From a candidate division WOR-3 bacterium (lineage in GTDB: Bacteria; Hydrothermota; UBA3072): 64,000 nt of DNA. The stretch covers positions 68,086 to 132,085 of the forward strand of contig JAFGHJ010000006.1 in the NCBI GenBank assembly GCA_016930175.1. Reading direction: 5' to 3'. Under the pieces are notes generated by a model. The model was not told where the DNA came from and did no database searches. It was given only the letters and a program-made list of their open reading frames with translations. Of the stretch, positions 29,940 to 39,391 are shown in pieces. The first letter of the stretch is position 1. Each line of letters starts with the position of its first letter. A program made the position numbers and the translations under genes.

Positions 29940-32054
29940 CTATTTTGCCTTGTTTAAAAAAACTTTCAGTTCTTTTTTCTCCTCTTTCCCCTCCTCAATT
30001 TTTCTATAGGAACCTTCTCTCATTTTTTTCAGCGTAACTTTACCAAGCTCTACAACCTGCCCGAATTCTTCCAATTCTTCTTCGGTATGCGGATATGGAC
30101 AGTAAAAGTGTTCTCCCGAAATATAACCATGTACAGGACAGATTGAAAAAGTAGGAGTGAAGCTAAAATACGGTAAGGAAAATCTGTCGACAATTTTCTT
30201 GGTTAAATTTCTTACCGTTTTCCAATCTGCAATGGCTTCACCAAGGAAGATATGAACGACAGTGCCTCCTGTAAACAACACCTGCAGCGGATCCTGATGT
30301 TCGAGAACGATAAAAGCATCATCCACTTCATCGACAGGCGGATGTACGGAATTTGTGTAATAAGGATAGACCGAACCCTTTGTATAAATGTCTGGAAATT
30401 TTTCCTTATCCTGTCTGGCCAGACGGTACGACGCACTTTCCGCCGGAGAAGCTTCAAGATTGTAAAGATTCCCTGTCTCTTCCTGAAACTCAGAAATTTT
30501 TTCATTCATAAATTCAAGAACTTTTATTGCCCACGATCTTCCTTCATCTGTCATAAGCCCTGTTTTAAACATATTGACGCAAGCCTCATTCATCCCGATG
30601 AGGCCTATTGTAGAAAAATGATTTGCCCAGTAAGAGTCAGTCACCTCTTTTATCTCTCTTAAATAGTATCGCGTATAAGGGTACAATCCTTCTCTTGTGA
30701 AATCTTCTATAATTTTTCTCTTCAGTTCTAAAGATTCCTTCGCTGTCTCCATAACATTTGAAAGCCTATCAAAAAAATCTTCTTCATTACCTGAAAGATA
30801 GGCTATTCTCGGAATGTTTATGGTAACAACTCCTATACTGCCGGTAAGAGGATTCGACCCAAAAAGCCCTCCACCTCTTTTTCTTAACTCTCTCTTATCT
30901 AATCGGAGCCGACAGCACATACTCCTCGCATCCTCAGGATCCATGTCTGAAGAGACAAAATTACTAAAATAGGGGATTCCGTATTTACCAGTCATTTCCC
31001 ATATCGGCTTAAGTTCTTCGTTTTCCCAATCAAAATCTTTTGTTATATTATACGTAGGAATAGGGAAGGTAAAAATTCTGCCCTTCGCATCTCCTTCCAT
31101 CATCAATTCCGCAAATGCTTTATTTATTATATTCATCTCCGCCTGGAATTCTGCATACGTAGCGTCTTTTTCTCTTCCCCCTATTATAACTTTTCTGTCC
31201 CTGAAACTTTCCGGAATTTTTAAATCGAGAGTAATATTTGAAAAGGGGGTCTGGAATCCAACTCTTGTAGGAACATTTATATTGAATAAAAATTCCTGTA
31301 AAGCCTGTTTTGTACCTTTGTAATCCAATTCGTCGAACCTAATAAAAGGCGCCAGCAGTGTATCAAAATTCGAAAAAGCCTGTGCTCCCGCTGCTTCTCC
31401 TTGAAGCGTATATATAAAATTAACAATCTGTCCAAGCGCGCTTCTCAAATGTTTTGCGGGAGAGGATTCGACTTTACCGCTCATCCCTCTAAACCCCTCT
31501 TTTAAAAGGTCCATCAGATCCCAACCCACACAATAAGGTCCAAGAATTCCCAGGTCGTGAATATGAAAATCCCCGCTGCTGTGCGCTTCTCTGATTCTGG
31601 GACTATAAATCTTACCAAGCCAGTAGCGGGCAGTTACAGATGAAGAGACATAGAAGTTTAAACCCTGAAGAGAGAAATTCATGTTTGAATTTTCTTGAAC
31701 TCTCCAGTCTTCTTTTTTCAGATACTTCCCCATTATCCCTTCAACATCTCTAAAAACATCTTCAACTTTACGAGCTTCGTTTCTCTTCTCCCGGTAAAGG
31801 ATGTAAGCTCTAGCCACATCCGGCAATTTCCTTAACATCAGGGTTTCTTCTACATAGTTCTGAATTTCCTCAACTGTCGGGACATTTCCGTTCTTGAAGA
31901 AATTCATATAAAGTGAAGTCTCAACTTGATTAGTTATAGCATTGGCGTCCTCTTTTGCTCCTATCGCTTTTAGAGCTTTAGAAATAGCAACGCTGATCTT
32001 CTTTTTGTTATACGGAACAACTTTTCCAGACCTTTTCCTAATAAGCCATTCCAT
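29940..32054 (-). CDS. nrdD: Class III ribonucleoside-triphosphate reductase with ATP cone, lacking the glycyl-radical motif
   Basis: ATP cone, HIHDL, RSMCCRL, YYTNS, CPVHG; no RxxGY before the stop. Confidence 0.95.
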   Translation of the reverse strand: MEWLIRKRSGKVVPYNKKKISVAISKALKAIGAKEDANAITNQVETSLYMNFFKNGNVPTVEEIQNYVEETLMLRKLPDVARAYILYREKRNEARKVEDVFRDVEGIMGKYLKKEDWRVQENSNMNFSLQGLNFYVSSSVTARYWLGKIYSPRIREAHSSGDFHIHDLGILGPYCVGWDLMDLLKEGFRGMSGKVESSPAKHLRSALGQIVNFIYTLQGEAAGAQAFSNFDTLLAPFIRFDELDYKGTKQALQEFLFNINVPTRVGFQTPFSNITLDLKIPESFRDRKVIIGGREKDATYAEFQAEMNIINKAFAELMMEGDAKGRIFTFPIPTYNITKDFDWENEELKPIWEMTGKYGIPYFSNFVSSDMDPEDARSMCCRLRLDKRELRKRGGGLFGSNPLTGSIGVVTINIPRIAYLSGNEEDFFDRLSNVMETAKESLELKRKIIEDFTREGLYPYTRYYLREIKEVTDSYWANHFSTIGLIGMNEACVNMFKTGLMTDEGRSWAIKVLEFMNEKISEFQEETGNLYNLEASPAESASYRLARQDKEKFPDIYTKGSVYPYYTNSVHPPVDEVDDAFIVLEHQDPLQVLFTGGTVVHIFLGEAIADWKTVRNLTKKIVDRFSLPYFSFTPTFSICPVHGYISGEHFYCPYPHTEEELEEFGQVVELGKVTLKKMREGSYRKIEEGKEEKKELKVFLNKAK

Positions 32055-32345
32055 TAATTAAACCTCCTTTGCCACTAAAAGATAAACCATTATTTCACAA
32101 GAGATACCAAGTCTTCACTTTTTTCGAATACCGAAAAAACCCTATAATGTAAATCGTTAATATAAAAAGACTCATTTTCTGCATTTTGTATGTTTATTTT
32201 TATATTAAAAAATCATTCTCATAAGTCAAGGGGTTTTACAAGAATTTTTTTGAAAAAAACAAAAAATTTTCCTTTTCTATCGAAGAAAAATTTCATATGG
32301 TCAAAATTGCCTACCCCATTTCTTTTATTAACGCCGTCGGAGAAA

Positions 32346-32625
32346 ATCAGAGGAGTTACTGTACAGGAAAGCGTCTCGGAGGTTGAGCGGGCACGGTCTC
32401 TCTTCTATCTTCTTTAAATCTTAAAAGTTCGGGTATGCCTTTAATAAAAAATGTCTCGGAGCCCGAGCGAGCATGGTCTTTTGACGAAGTCAAAAGGAGC
32501 GAGGTCGAGAGCAAGCAGCAGTTTCCTCGCAGGGGAAACTGACTGCGGTTTTTTAGAAAGGTATACCTGAACGACACCCGTTGGGGAAATTGACCACGTC
32601 TTTCTCGGACAGTAACCCCTCTGAT
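32346..32625 (+). ncRNA. Unidentified highly structured element (candidate ncRNA) with a nested duplicated motif
   Basis: Long terminal stem, 16-bp inner stem, hairpins, and G-U pairs that mostly favour the plus strand. Confidence 0.65.
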
Positions 32626-32776
32626 CTCACAAATATTCGTAAATGGCTTATTCCTCCATGAAATTCCTTATAAATGTTGCAATAACTAACTTTGGATGTG
32701 GTGATGCTAAAATTTTGGGGTTGCCAAATGGTCAAAAATCTTGACTTTCCTTTTTATCATGTTAATTTTAAGAAGT

Positions 32777-33361
32777 ATGAAGCCTTTAAACAGATATGTA
32801 ATCATAAGAAAACTACTACATCTCTCGACCGCTCTCGTACCTCTCTGCTATGTTTTTATCCCAAGATACCCCATGGTTATAAGTCTTTGCTTAATGGGCC
32901 TTTTTTCTTTATTCGTCGATTTTCTGCGGCTTGAGATTAAGCCCATCAGCAGACTTTTTAATCATCTTTTCGGAAAACTGCTCTGGGAAAAAGAAAAAGA
33001 GACCCTAACAGCTGCGACTCATTACGCAGTCGCCGCTTTTCTCTCGGTATATTTTTTCGATAAATGGATAGCTATTGCCGTATTGCTGTTCCTTTCCCTT
33101 GGAGACACTGCTGCCCATATAATCGGTGTACGGTGGGGTAAGCGGCGCATCGATTCAGAAAAAACCGTAGAAGGAAGTCTGGCTTGCTTGGTGATATGTC
33201 TTAGCGTATCCGCTCTTTTGCCTCAAGTGGACTTGATTGTTTTATTTGTCGGCTCGGTAATTGCTTCTCTTGTTGAATTTTTTCCTTTCGGTATCGACGA
33301 TAATTTTGCTCTTCCTCTGATATCCGGAGCCGCAATGGAAATTATGGTTAAATTGCTCTGA
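32777..33361 (+). CDS. Polyprenol/diacylglycerol kinase-like membrane protein (CTP-dependent family)
   Basis: RKLLH, GDTAAHIIG, KTVEGS, IDDNF. Confidence 0.88.
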   Translation: MKPLNRYVIIRKLLHLSTALVPLCYVFIPRYPMVISLCLMGLFSLFVDFLRLEIKPISRLFNHLFGKLLWEKEKETLTAATHYAVAAFLSVYFFDKWIAIAVLLFLSLGDTAAHIIGVRWGKRRIDSEKTVEGSLACLVICLSVSALLPQVDLIVLFVGSVIASLVEFFPFGIDDNFALPLISGAAMEIMVKLL

Positions 33362-33391
33362 TTCTTCAATATTGCCATAAATTTTTTCAAC

Positions 33392-33427
33392 AAAAAAAGC
33401 CCACACGATAAGGGGAATGTGGGCTTT
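33392..33427 (-). terminator. Intrinsic terminator between convergent genes
   Basis: AAAGCCCACA..TGTGGGCTTT stem with a T7 run on the minus strand. Confidence 0.7.
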
Positions 33428-33465
33428 AATTTTGAGCCGTCCGTCAAAGTTGTAAGGGTATTCTA

Positions 33466-34554
33466 TTATCTATAGCTCAAAGATAAATTAAAATGATTTT
33501 CTTCCCGCAAAGAAGGGTCTATTTTTATTAAAGCACTACTTGCCGCCGAGAAATTTAGAGCGACTCTTCCAAAATCAAGACCTACTCCTCCGGTAAGGAA
33601 TATCTGATCCCAACTACCTGGATCAAAATCAGGGCCAATTTTTACCGGGGAAGGTTCGGCGTAAAAACCTGTGCTCAAAGATAGTAAATCGTTTAATTTG
33701 TATTGTCCCCCGAGATGTAATCTGATTATATTTCTATAATCCCAATAACCGTCAGAATAAGCCAATGTCCAATGCATATATTCCGCTGACGCATTAAGAT
33801 ATATTTTGTCTTGTAAACTTATTTCACTCCCAAACCCCACAATGAGAGGCAGACCTTCATCGGCCTCAATCGAAGATACCGTACCATTACTATTTCTTTT
33901 ATAAGCCTCTCCAAACCCTTTCTTAATAAGAAAACCGAAAGAAAAAATATCGCTTGCCCTGTATTGTAAACCCAGGCAGGGCTCAATACCATATTTATCT
34001 ATATGAGAAAAGTATCCATCATATTCTGTTCCATCAGCGACAATATATGTACTTGAGCGCTGCCAGAACAAACCCATATTCAACCCAACAGAAATTTTGT
34101 CATTTATTACTTTTCCCACCGCAGGATTTAGGAAATAAAATTTTTCAGACTCAACATATTCTCCCGAAACGGTTATTACTCCAGACGTGTCAATAGCTGC
34201 AAATGACATAGAATCCCTATTGGCAAATTTATAAGGAACAGATAAAAATATACTTACGAAGCAATCCCCTCCAAACGGAAGAGCAACACCCAGATAGTCA
34301 GGAAAAGCGTAATCTAATCGAGAAATATCTTCCGGCATAGGAACAGGAGACATCTCTCCTTTTGTCATCTTAAAACCAGAAAAAACATTCAGTTTCTCTA
34401 CACAAGAAAAAGCAGCGGGATTATACAATCCGCACTCGACATCATTATTCATACCTATAGGAGCCCCACCTACGCCAAGAGAATAACCGCCTACGTCATT
34501 CTGCTGATAGTAATAACCGGACACAAAAAGAAAAAACGACAAAAAAAACATCAT
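33466..34554 (-). CDS. Outer-membrane beta-barrel protein (FadL/PorV-like)
   Basis: Signal peptide, LGVGGA..YNPAA N-terminal motif, amphipathic strands, aromatic near the C-terminus. Confidence 0.75.
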   Translation of the reverse strand: MMFFLSFFLFVSGYYYQQNDVGGYSLGVGGAPIGMNNDVECGLYNPAAFSCVEKLNVFSGFKMTKGEMSPVPMPEDISRLDYAFPDYLGVALPFGGDCFVSIFLSVPYKFANRDSMSFAAIDTSGVITVSGEYVESEKFYFLNPAVGKVINDKISVGLNMGLFWQRSSTYIVADGTEYDGYFSHIDKYGIEPCLGLQYRASDIFSFGFLIKKGFGEAYKRNSNGTVSSIEADEGLPLIVGFGSEISLQDKIYLNASAEYMHWTLAYSDGYWDYRNIIRLHLGGQYKLNDLLSLSTGFYAEPSPVKIGPDFDPGSWDQIFLTGGVGLDFGRVALNFSAASSALIKIDPSLREENHFNLSLSYR

Positions 34555-34679
34555 ATTACCTCCGCCTTTAGAGTTTGACACAAAAGTTTTTGCATTTATT
34601 CATCCCGCTAACCACCTTCTTTCCTTTTATATATACAAAGTACTTTGTTCTTTAAAGTATTATACAAAAATTTCTTAAT

Positions 34680-34820
34680 TTGTCAAGGGGTATTTTAAAC
34701 TATGCTTTTGGCTTTTAGCTGTTGGCTAAAAACAAATAATCAGTTTTTTTGTATTATATGGCTGTTAAAATATTCTTTCGGTGGGTATAGGTTGGGATTC
34801 TAAATTCTAACGACTAACTT
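34680..34820. repeat. Dispersed intergenic repeat, copy B
   Basis: Colinear similarity to 821-955. Confidence 0.85.
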
Positions 34821-34825
34821 CTTCT

Positions 34826-35440
34826 TTACAGTGCTGCATCACGGATTATTGGTTTTCCGTCAGAAATGCTTTTAACGTACCTGGAGTCAATAAAGTCAAC
34901 CCATTTTTTTCCCGCGAGATATCTTGCCAACGCCTCTTCGGGATTCTCCGAAAAAATAGACAAGAATTTAAGATAAGCAAAACCAAGAAGGAGGTTATCT
35001 TCAACCTCATATAAATTATAGCTTACTTCGCTTAACTTTTGTTCTTCTTCGGCTGTCAGCCCAACGGAACCTGAATATAGAAGAACTTCTCCAATATATG
35101 AAGCTGTACCAGCCATTACTTGAGTAAGCCCTTTAGCATTAACTTTACTTGTGGCACTCGGTATAAAATCGCTTTCAGCTTGAATCCAGCGAACAACCAC
35201 CGGCCACCTCATCCAGAAACGAATGGAATAATCATACGCTCTTTTGATTGTCTCGCTATCTCCTTTCACTCCGCTGGATCTGGCGTATAACAAAGCTTGA
35301 TGACGTAGCTCTTCGTATTCTTTATGCCACCTTATCTGTGAAGTTGGAGATATAAAAGGTATAGGGATTAAAAGGAACATAAAGATTATTACAGTTAATA
35401 TTGGACGATAATTCTTACTCTTTTTTACTTTAAAAATCAT
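34826..35440 (-). CDS. Lytic transglycosylase (SLT domain)
   Basis: IQAESDF, AKGLTQVM, NLLLG..YL; N-terminal anchor. Confidence 0.85.
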   Translation of the reverse strand: MIFKVKKSKNYRPILTVIIFMFLLIPIPFISPTSQIRWHKEYEELRHQALLYARSSGVKGDSETIKRAYDYSIRFWMRWPVVVRWIQAESDFIPSATSKVNAKGLTQVMAGTASYIGEVLLYSGSVGLTAEEEQKLSEVSYNLYEVEDNLLLGFAYLKFLSIFSENPEEALARYLAGKKWVDFIDSRYVKSISDGKPIIRDAAL

Positions 35441-35511
35441 CCTAATATAATTTACTTAATTTTTCGAATTTCGCAACCCCAAAAAGCTATTTCTTGTATA
35501 CTCATACAAAA

Positions 35512-35545
35512 AAACACCGCAGTACTTTCAAATACTGCGGTGTTT
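35512..35545 (-). terminator. Intrinsic terminator of the lipoprotein gene
   Basis: 13-bp stem AAACACCGCAGTA/TACTGCGGTGTTT followed by a T-run on the minus strand. Confidence 0.8.
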
Positions 35546-35614
35546 ACCTGAAAACTTATAATTACTAAAAATCACAAGGAGGTAAAAATAATTTTTGTCT
35601 ACATATCCAAAAAC

Positions 35615-36202
35615 TTATTTAAACTCTTTTAACCCTTCCTCCTCGCCTTTTTTATACTCTCTTAAGCTTTCAATTTCTTCTTTTAATTCTTGAAAAGACT
35701 GAGAAGCTCGAAAACGAGTATATAAATTTTCATTCTCACCTGAATATAACTGCTTTAAAAGCTCTTCTCTGGCTTTACCAATAGGCAGTTCCATAAGAAC
35801 AAAAGCGCGATATCCGTTGCCTTCCTCTTTTACCTTGGTTTTATTTTCTCTTGAACCTACAAGGGTTTGATCTACGACATTTTTAGAAACTTGAGTAAAC
35901 TGAGTCAGAAGCTCTCCTTCTTCGACTCCCCCTACTTCTTCATCGAATTTCTTTATCAACGCCATAATATGAGATTCAAGATTCTCTGCTATATCAAGTC
36001 TTGCTCCCTGTTTGGCTTTATCTATTGCTAACTGTAAATCCTGCGAAGTAGCTGTGGCTTTCCCGTATATGTAATCTGGGCTTGTTTGGGGTGTCAGATA
36101 CCAATCCGGGATTTCAATTTCGCCTACTTTTGTCGTTCCTTTGGAAGCACAACCAAGAACTAATATGACTAAGACCAAACATCCTGAAATTAACTTCTTC
36201 AT
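35615..36202 (-). CDS. LPP20-like lipoprotein
   Basis: Lipobox VLGC, IPDWY, AIDKAKQGARLDIA. Confidence 0.78.
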   Translation of the reverse strand: MKKLISGCLVLVILVLGCASKGTTKVGEIEIPDWYLTPQTSPDYIYGKATATSQDLQLAIDKAKQGARLDIAENLESHIMALIKKFDEEVGGVEEGELLTQFTQVSKNVVDQTLVGSRENKTKVKEEGNGYRAFVLMELPIGKAREELLKQLYSGENENLYTRFRASQSFQELKEEIESLREYKKGEEEGLKEFK

Positions 36203-36330
36203 AATACCTCCTTTTTTGTTGTTTTTAGTATATTTAGTATAGAGAAAAAAACAAAAAAGTCAAGATATTAAATAAATCATTGACAAAATGCACTTTTTCT
36301 CTATTATAGCAAAAAAAAGGAGAAAAAATA

Positions 36331-36522
36331 ATGGGAAAAAAATGTTTTATTTGCGGTAAGACAACTACTTTTGGTAATAAAGTCAGTCATTCTAAACGTA
36401 AAACAAGAAAAAAACAGAAGCCAAACTTACATAATATAAAAGTAGAGGTCGATAATAAGATCAAGAAAGTATACGTTTGCTCAAAATGTTTAAAAACGAA
36501 TAAAGTTAAGAAAGTTGTTTAA
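36331..36522 (+). CDS. rpmB: 50S ribosomal protein L28 (Zn-ribbon type)
   Basis: KCFICGK..GNKVSHS..KPNL..CSKCLK. Confidence 0.96.
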   Translation: MGKKCFICGKTTTFGNKVSHSKRKTRKKQKPNLHNIKVEVDNKIKKVYVCSKCLKTNKVKKVV

Positions 36523-36526
36523 TAAC

Positions 36527-37606
36527 TTATTCTATTGTTATGGGCATCAAAAGATAAAATATTTCTTTATGTTCTCCTTCTATTGTAACAGGTTTATTTT
36601 TATCTTCAAAACTTAAGATCACTTTTTTAGATTTAATCTTTCTCAAGAAATCTATTAAATAATTTGAAGATAGAGCTATATTTATCTTTTTACCCTTATA
36701 CTTTCCCTCTAATTCTTCTTTACTCTCGCCGATTTCCGAAAAAACCTCCATATTTAAATTTTCACCTAAATCTAAATTTATAGTTTTTGGTCTATCGTTA
36801 GAAAACACAGAAACTCTTTTAAGAGAAGAAAGAAACTGTTCTCTATCTAACGTAAGGGTATTATCGTTTTTCTCCGATAAAACAGCTTTATAATTCGGGA
36901 AATCAACTTTTATTAAATTTGAAACAAGCGTAAACTGGTTTCCAAAGAAGTAAATCCTACTATCATCTACACCTATTCTCATTTTTTTTGCATTAAAAGT
37001 AGAAAGCTGTCTTAAAATTTTTGGAGGAACAACTACCTTAAACGGCTTTTCTCCAAGATTAACTTTAATATCCTTGTAACCAAGACTAAAGCTATCTGTT
37101 GCAACTAATTTTAAGTTTTTATCTTGATATTCCCATAACATACCACTCATTTTTCGTTTAGATGAATCTTCAGGTACTATAAAAACAAGTTTATCGATAA
37201 TTTCTTCCAACTCTTTGGTATCTACTTCATAAGTTTCCTCCTCTGTTATAACAGGTTCGGAAGGAAAATCTTCTTCTTCCATTAAAGGTAAATAAAAGTA
37301 ACCTTTTCCATATTCGATTTTAACTCTACTTTCTTCTCTACGAAAGACTGTTTCACCTTTTATTTCTCCCATTATCGAAAACAATGTTTTAGCCGGAACC
37401 ACAATTACACCTGTTTTTTCTGTTTTACATAGATTTGTATTGTATACCAGAGAAGTATCTAGATCAGTTGCAAAAATTTTTAATTTTTCTTTTTCTACTT
37501 TAATTTGTACATTAGATAATATCGGAAATGTTGTATGAATAGGTACAATTTGTACTATAGCTTTAAATTCTTTTACAAAGTCTTCAGCATTTATAGAAAA
37601 AAGCAT
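36527..37606 (-). CDS. dnaN: DNA polymerase III beta clamp
   Basis: PILSN, ATDL, VATDS, FPNY, YLLMPI; follows dnaA. Confidence 0.96.
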   Translation of the reverse strand: MLFSINAEDFVKEFKAIVQIVPIHTTFPILSNVQIKVEKEKLKIFATDLDTSLVYNTNLCKTEKTGVIVVPAKTLFSIMGEIKGETVFRREESRVKIEYGKGYFYLPLMEEEDFPSEPVITEEETYEVDTKELEEIIDKLVFIVPEDSSKRKMSGMLWEYQDKNLKLVATDSFSLGYKDIKVNLGEKPFKVVVPPKILRQLSTFNAKKMRIGVDDSRIYFFGNQFTLVSNLIKVDFPNYKAVLSEKNDNTLTLDREQFLSSLKRVSVFSNDRPKTINLDLGENLNMEVFSEIGESKEELEGKYKGKKINIALSSNYLIDFLRKIKSKKVILSFEDKNKPVTIEGEHKEIFYLLMPITIE

Positions 37607-37772
37607 TATTCCTCCCTTTTTAACATTATATATAATTATATAATTATGTAGTAGTTATTGTATACATTGTGGATAAGTGGATAACTAAAAAGCTTCATTT
37701 ATTCTTTTATTCTCAGTTGAGAATTTTGCATTTTGTGTGTGGATAAATTGTTTATAAATCATTTCTATTAAA
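37607..37772. other. Chromosomal replication origin (oriC): DnaA boxes, DnaA-trio-like repeats and AT-rich unwinding element
   Basis: TGTGGATAA at 37668-37676 and 37738-37746, AGTGGATAA at 37676-37684, TAG trios and a pure-AT tract at ~37625-37660. Confidence 0.9.
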
Positions 37773-39116
37773 TCAATTTTCTGTTAGTTTACTCTTTATT
37801 GTCGCAATTTCACTTTTTGTCCTCTTGTTCTTCCTTATTAAATTCTCAATTTTGTTGAAAGAATGTAGAATAGTTGAATGGTCTCTCTTTCCGAAATTAC
37901 CTCCAATTTCTTTTAAGGAAAGATTTGTTAAGTTTCTTGCAAGATAAATAGCGACTTGCCGAGCTTGAGCAACACTTTTAGATCTTTTATCTCCTTTTAT
38001 TTCTTCTTCATCTATGTTGTAAAATTCAGAAACAGCTTTAATTATTCTCTCCAATGTAATTCTTTTTTCTTTTTCTTTAATAAAATCAATTAATATTCTT
38101 TTAGCTAATTCAACGCTTATGTCGGTCTTATATATGGAAGCATGAGCCAGTAACTTTATTAGGCAACCTTCTAATTCCCTTATATTGTTTTTAATATTTG
38201 AAGCTATATAGTTAACTACGCTATCATTAATTTGAATATTATCGCTCTGTATTTTAGAACGCAAGATCGCTAACCTCGTTTCAAAATCCGGAGGCTGAAG
38301 ATCTACCATTAATCCCCAATGGAATCGGGAGATAACCCTTTCTTCGAGACCCGAAATTTCCTTAGGGGGGCGGTCTGAAGTTATAACTATTTGTTTTTTT
38401 GCTTCGAAGAGGGCGTTAAACGTGTGGAAGAATTCTTCCTGTAATCTTTCTTTACCTGATAGAAAATGAATATCGTCGATTAAAAGTAAGTCTATTTCTC
38501 TATATTTCTGTTTAAATTTTACGGTCGAATATTCCTGAATGGACTTAATCATCTCATTAAGAAATTCTTCTGTCTGGGTATAAAGTATTCGCAAGTTAGG
38601 GTATTGATTGTAAACTTTATTACCTGTTGCCTGCAACAGATGTGTTTTCCCTAAACCAACGCCTCCGTATATAAAAAGGGGATTGTATTCTCTGCCCGGT
38701 GCGTTGGAAACCGCCATAGCCGCAGCATAAGCGAATTTATTGTTGTCGCCTACCACAAAATTGTCGAAAGTATATTTATCATGAAGTAAAGGTTTTTGTT
38801 CTTTTTTTTGTTCTTGTTCTTTTTCCTCTTGCTTGTATGTTTCTATATCTGTCTTTTTATTTACAAGGAAATGTATTTTATGAAATTTTCCTGTAACTTC
38901 TTTTATCGAAGAATTGAGTTCATTCATAAAATGTTCAATTATCCAGTGTTGAGTAAATGTATTTGGAATATTAAAATAGACATCTTCGCCGTTTATTTCT
39001 TCCAATTCCATATTCGCAAACCAGGCTTTAAAAGCGGACTCGTTAATTTCTTTCTGGAGTTTTTCTTTTATTTGTTTCCAGTCAAATTCGTTCTGTTTCA
39101 CCTTTTTTTTTCTCAT
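37773..39116 (-). CDS. dnaA: Chromosomal replication initiator
   Basis: YTFDNFVVG, YNPLFIYGGVGLGKTHL, LLIDDI, RELEG, RDHST. Confidence 0.99.
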   Translation of the reverse strand: MRKKKVKQNEFDWKQIKEKLQKEINESAFKAWFANMELEEINGEDVYFNIPNTFTQHWIIEHFMNELNSSIKEVTGKFHKIHFLVNKKTDIETYKQEEKEQEQKKEQKPLLHDKYTFDNFVVGDNNKFAYAAAMAVSNAPGREYNPLFIYGGVGLGKTHLLQATGNKVYNQYPNLRILYTQTEEFLNEMIKSIQEYSTVKFKQKYREIDLLLIDDIHFLSGKERLQEEFFHTFNALFEAKKQIVITSDRPPKEISGLEERVISRFHWGLMVDLQPPDFETRLAILRSKIQSDNIQINDSVVNYIASNIKNNIRELEGCLIKLLAHASIYKTDISVELAKRILIDFIKEKEKRITLERIIKAVSEFYNIDEEEIKGDKRSKSVAQARQVAIYLARNLTNLSLKEIGGNFGKRDHSTILHSFNKIENLIRKNKRTKSEIATIKSKLTEN

Positions 39117-39391
39117 AGTAATGTACGTTTTATTATTTATTAAAATTAATATTATGTCAAGAGGTGAGTTGAAAAAAAATAAAAAAAAATCAAAAGATAA
39201 TGAGGTAGAGTTAATCTTTGTTTGGCCACGTGCAAAAAGTTATACTCAAACGCTATAAATAAAGTGTTTACAAGTATTAAAGACGAATTTTACTCAAAGC
39301 AAAAACGGCTAAATTGGTATTCCTGCGATTTCTGTTTTTCTTTTGCGCTCTTTATCCTTGACAAGGAGCGTAAGTGAATTTATAATTTTAT

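Noticed and set aside
32190..32735. Short ORFs over the structured element; also cobalamin riboswitch, SRP, 6S, RNase P or tmRNA identity
   Set aside because: The ORFs lack an RBS and protein-like composition. The element folds better on the strand opposite nrdD and lies upstream of its promoter. No B12 box, complete SRP helix 8, GAGGAAAGUCC or tRNA-like ends were found by eye; an Rfam search is still needed.
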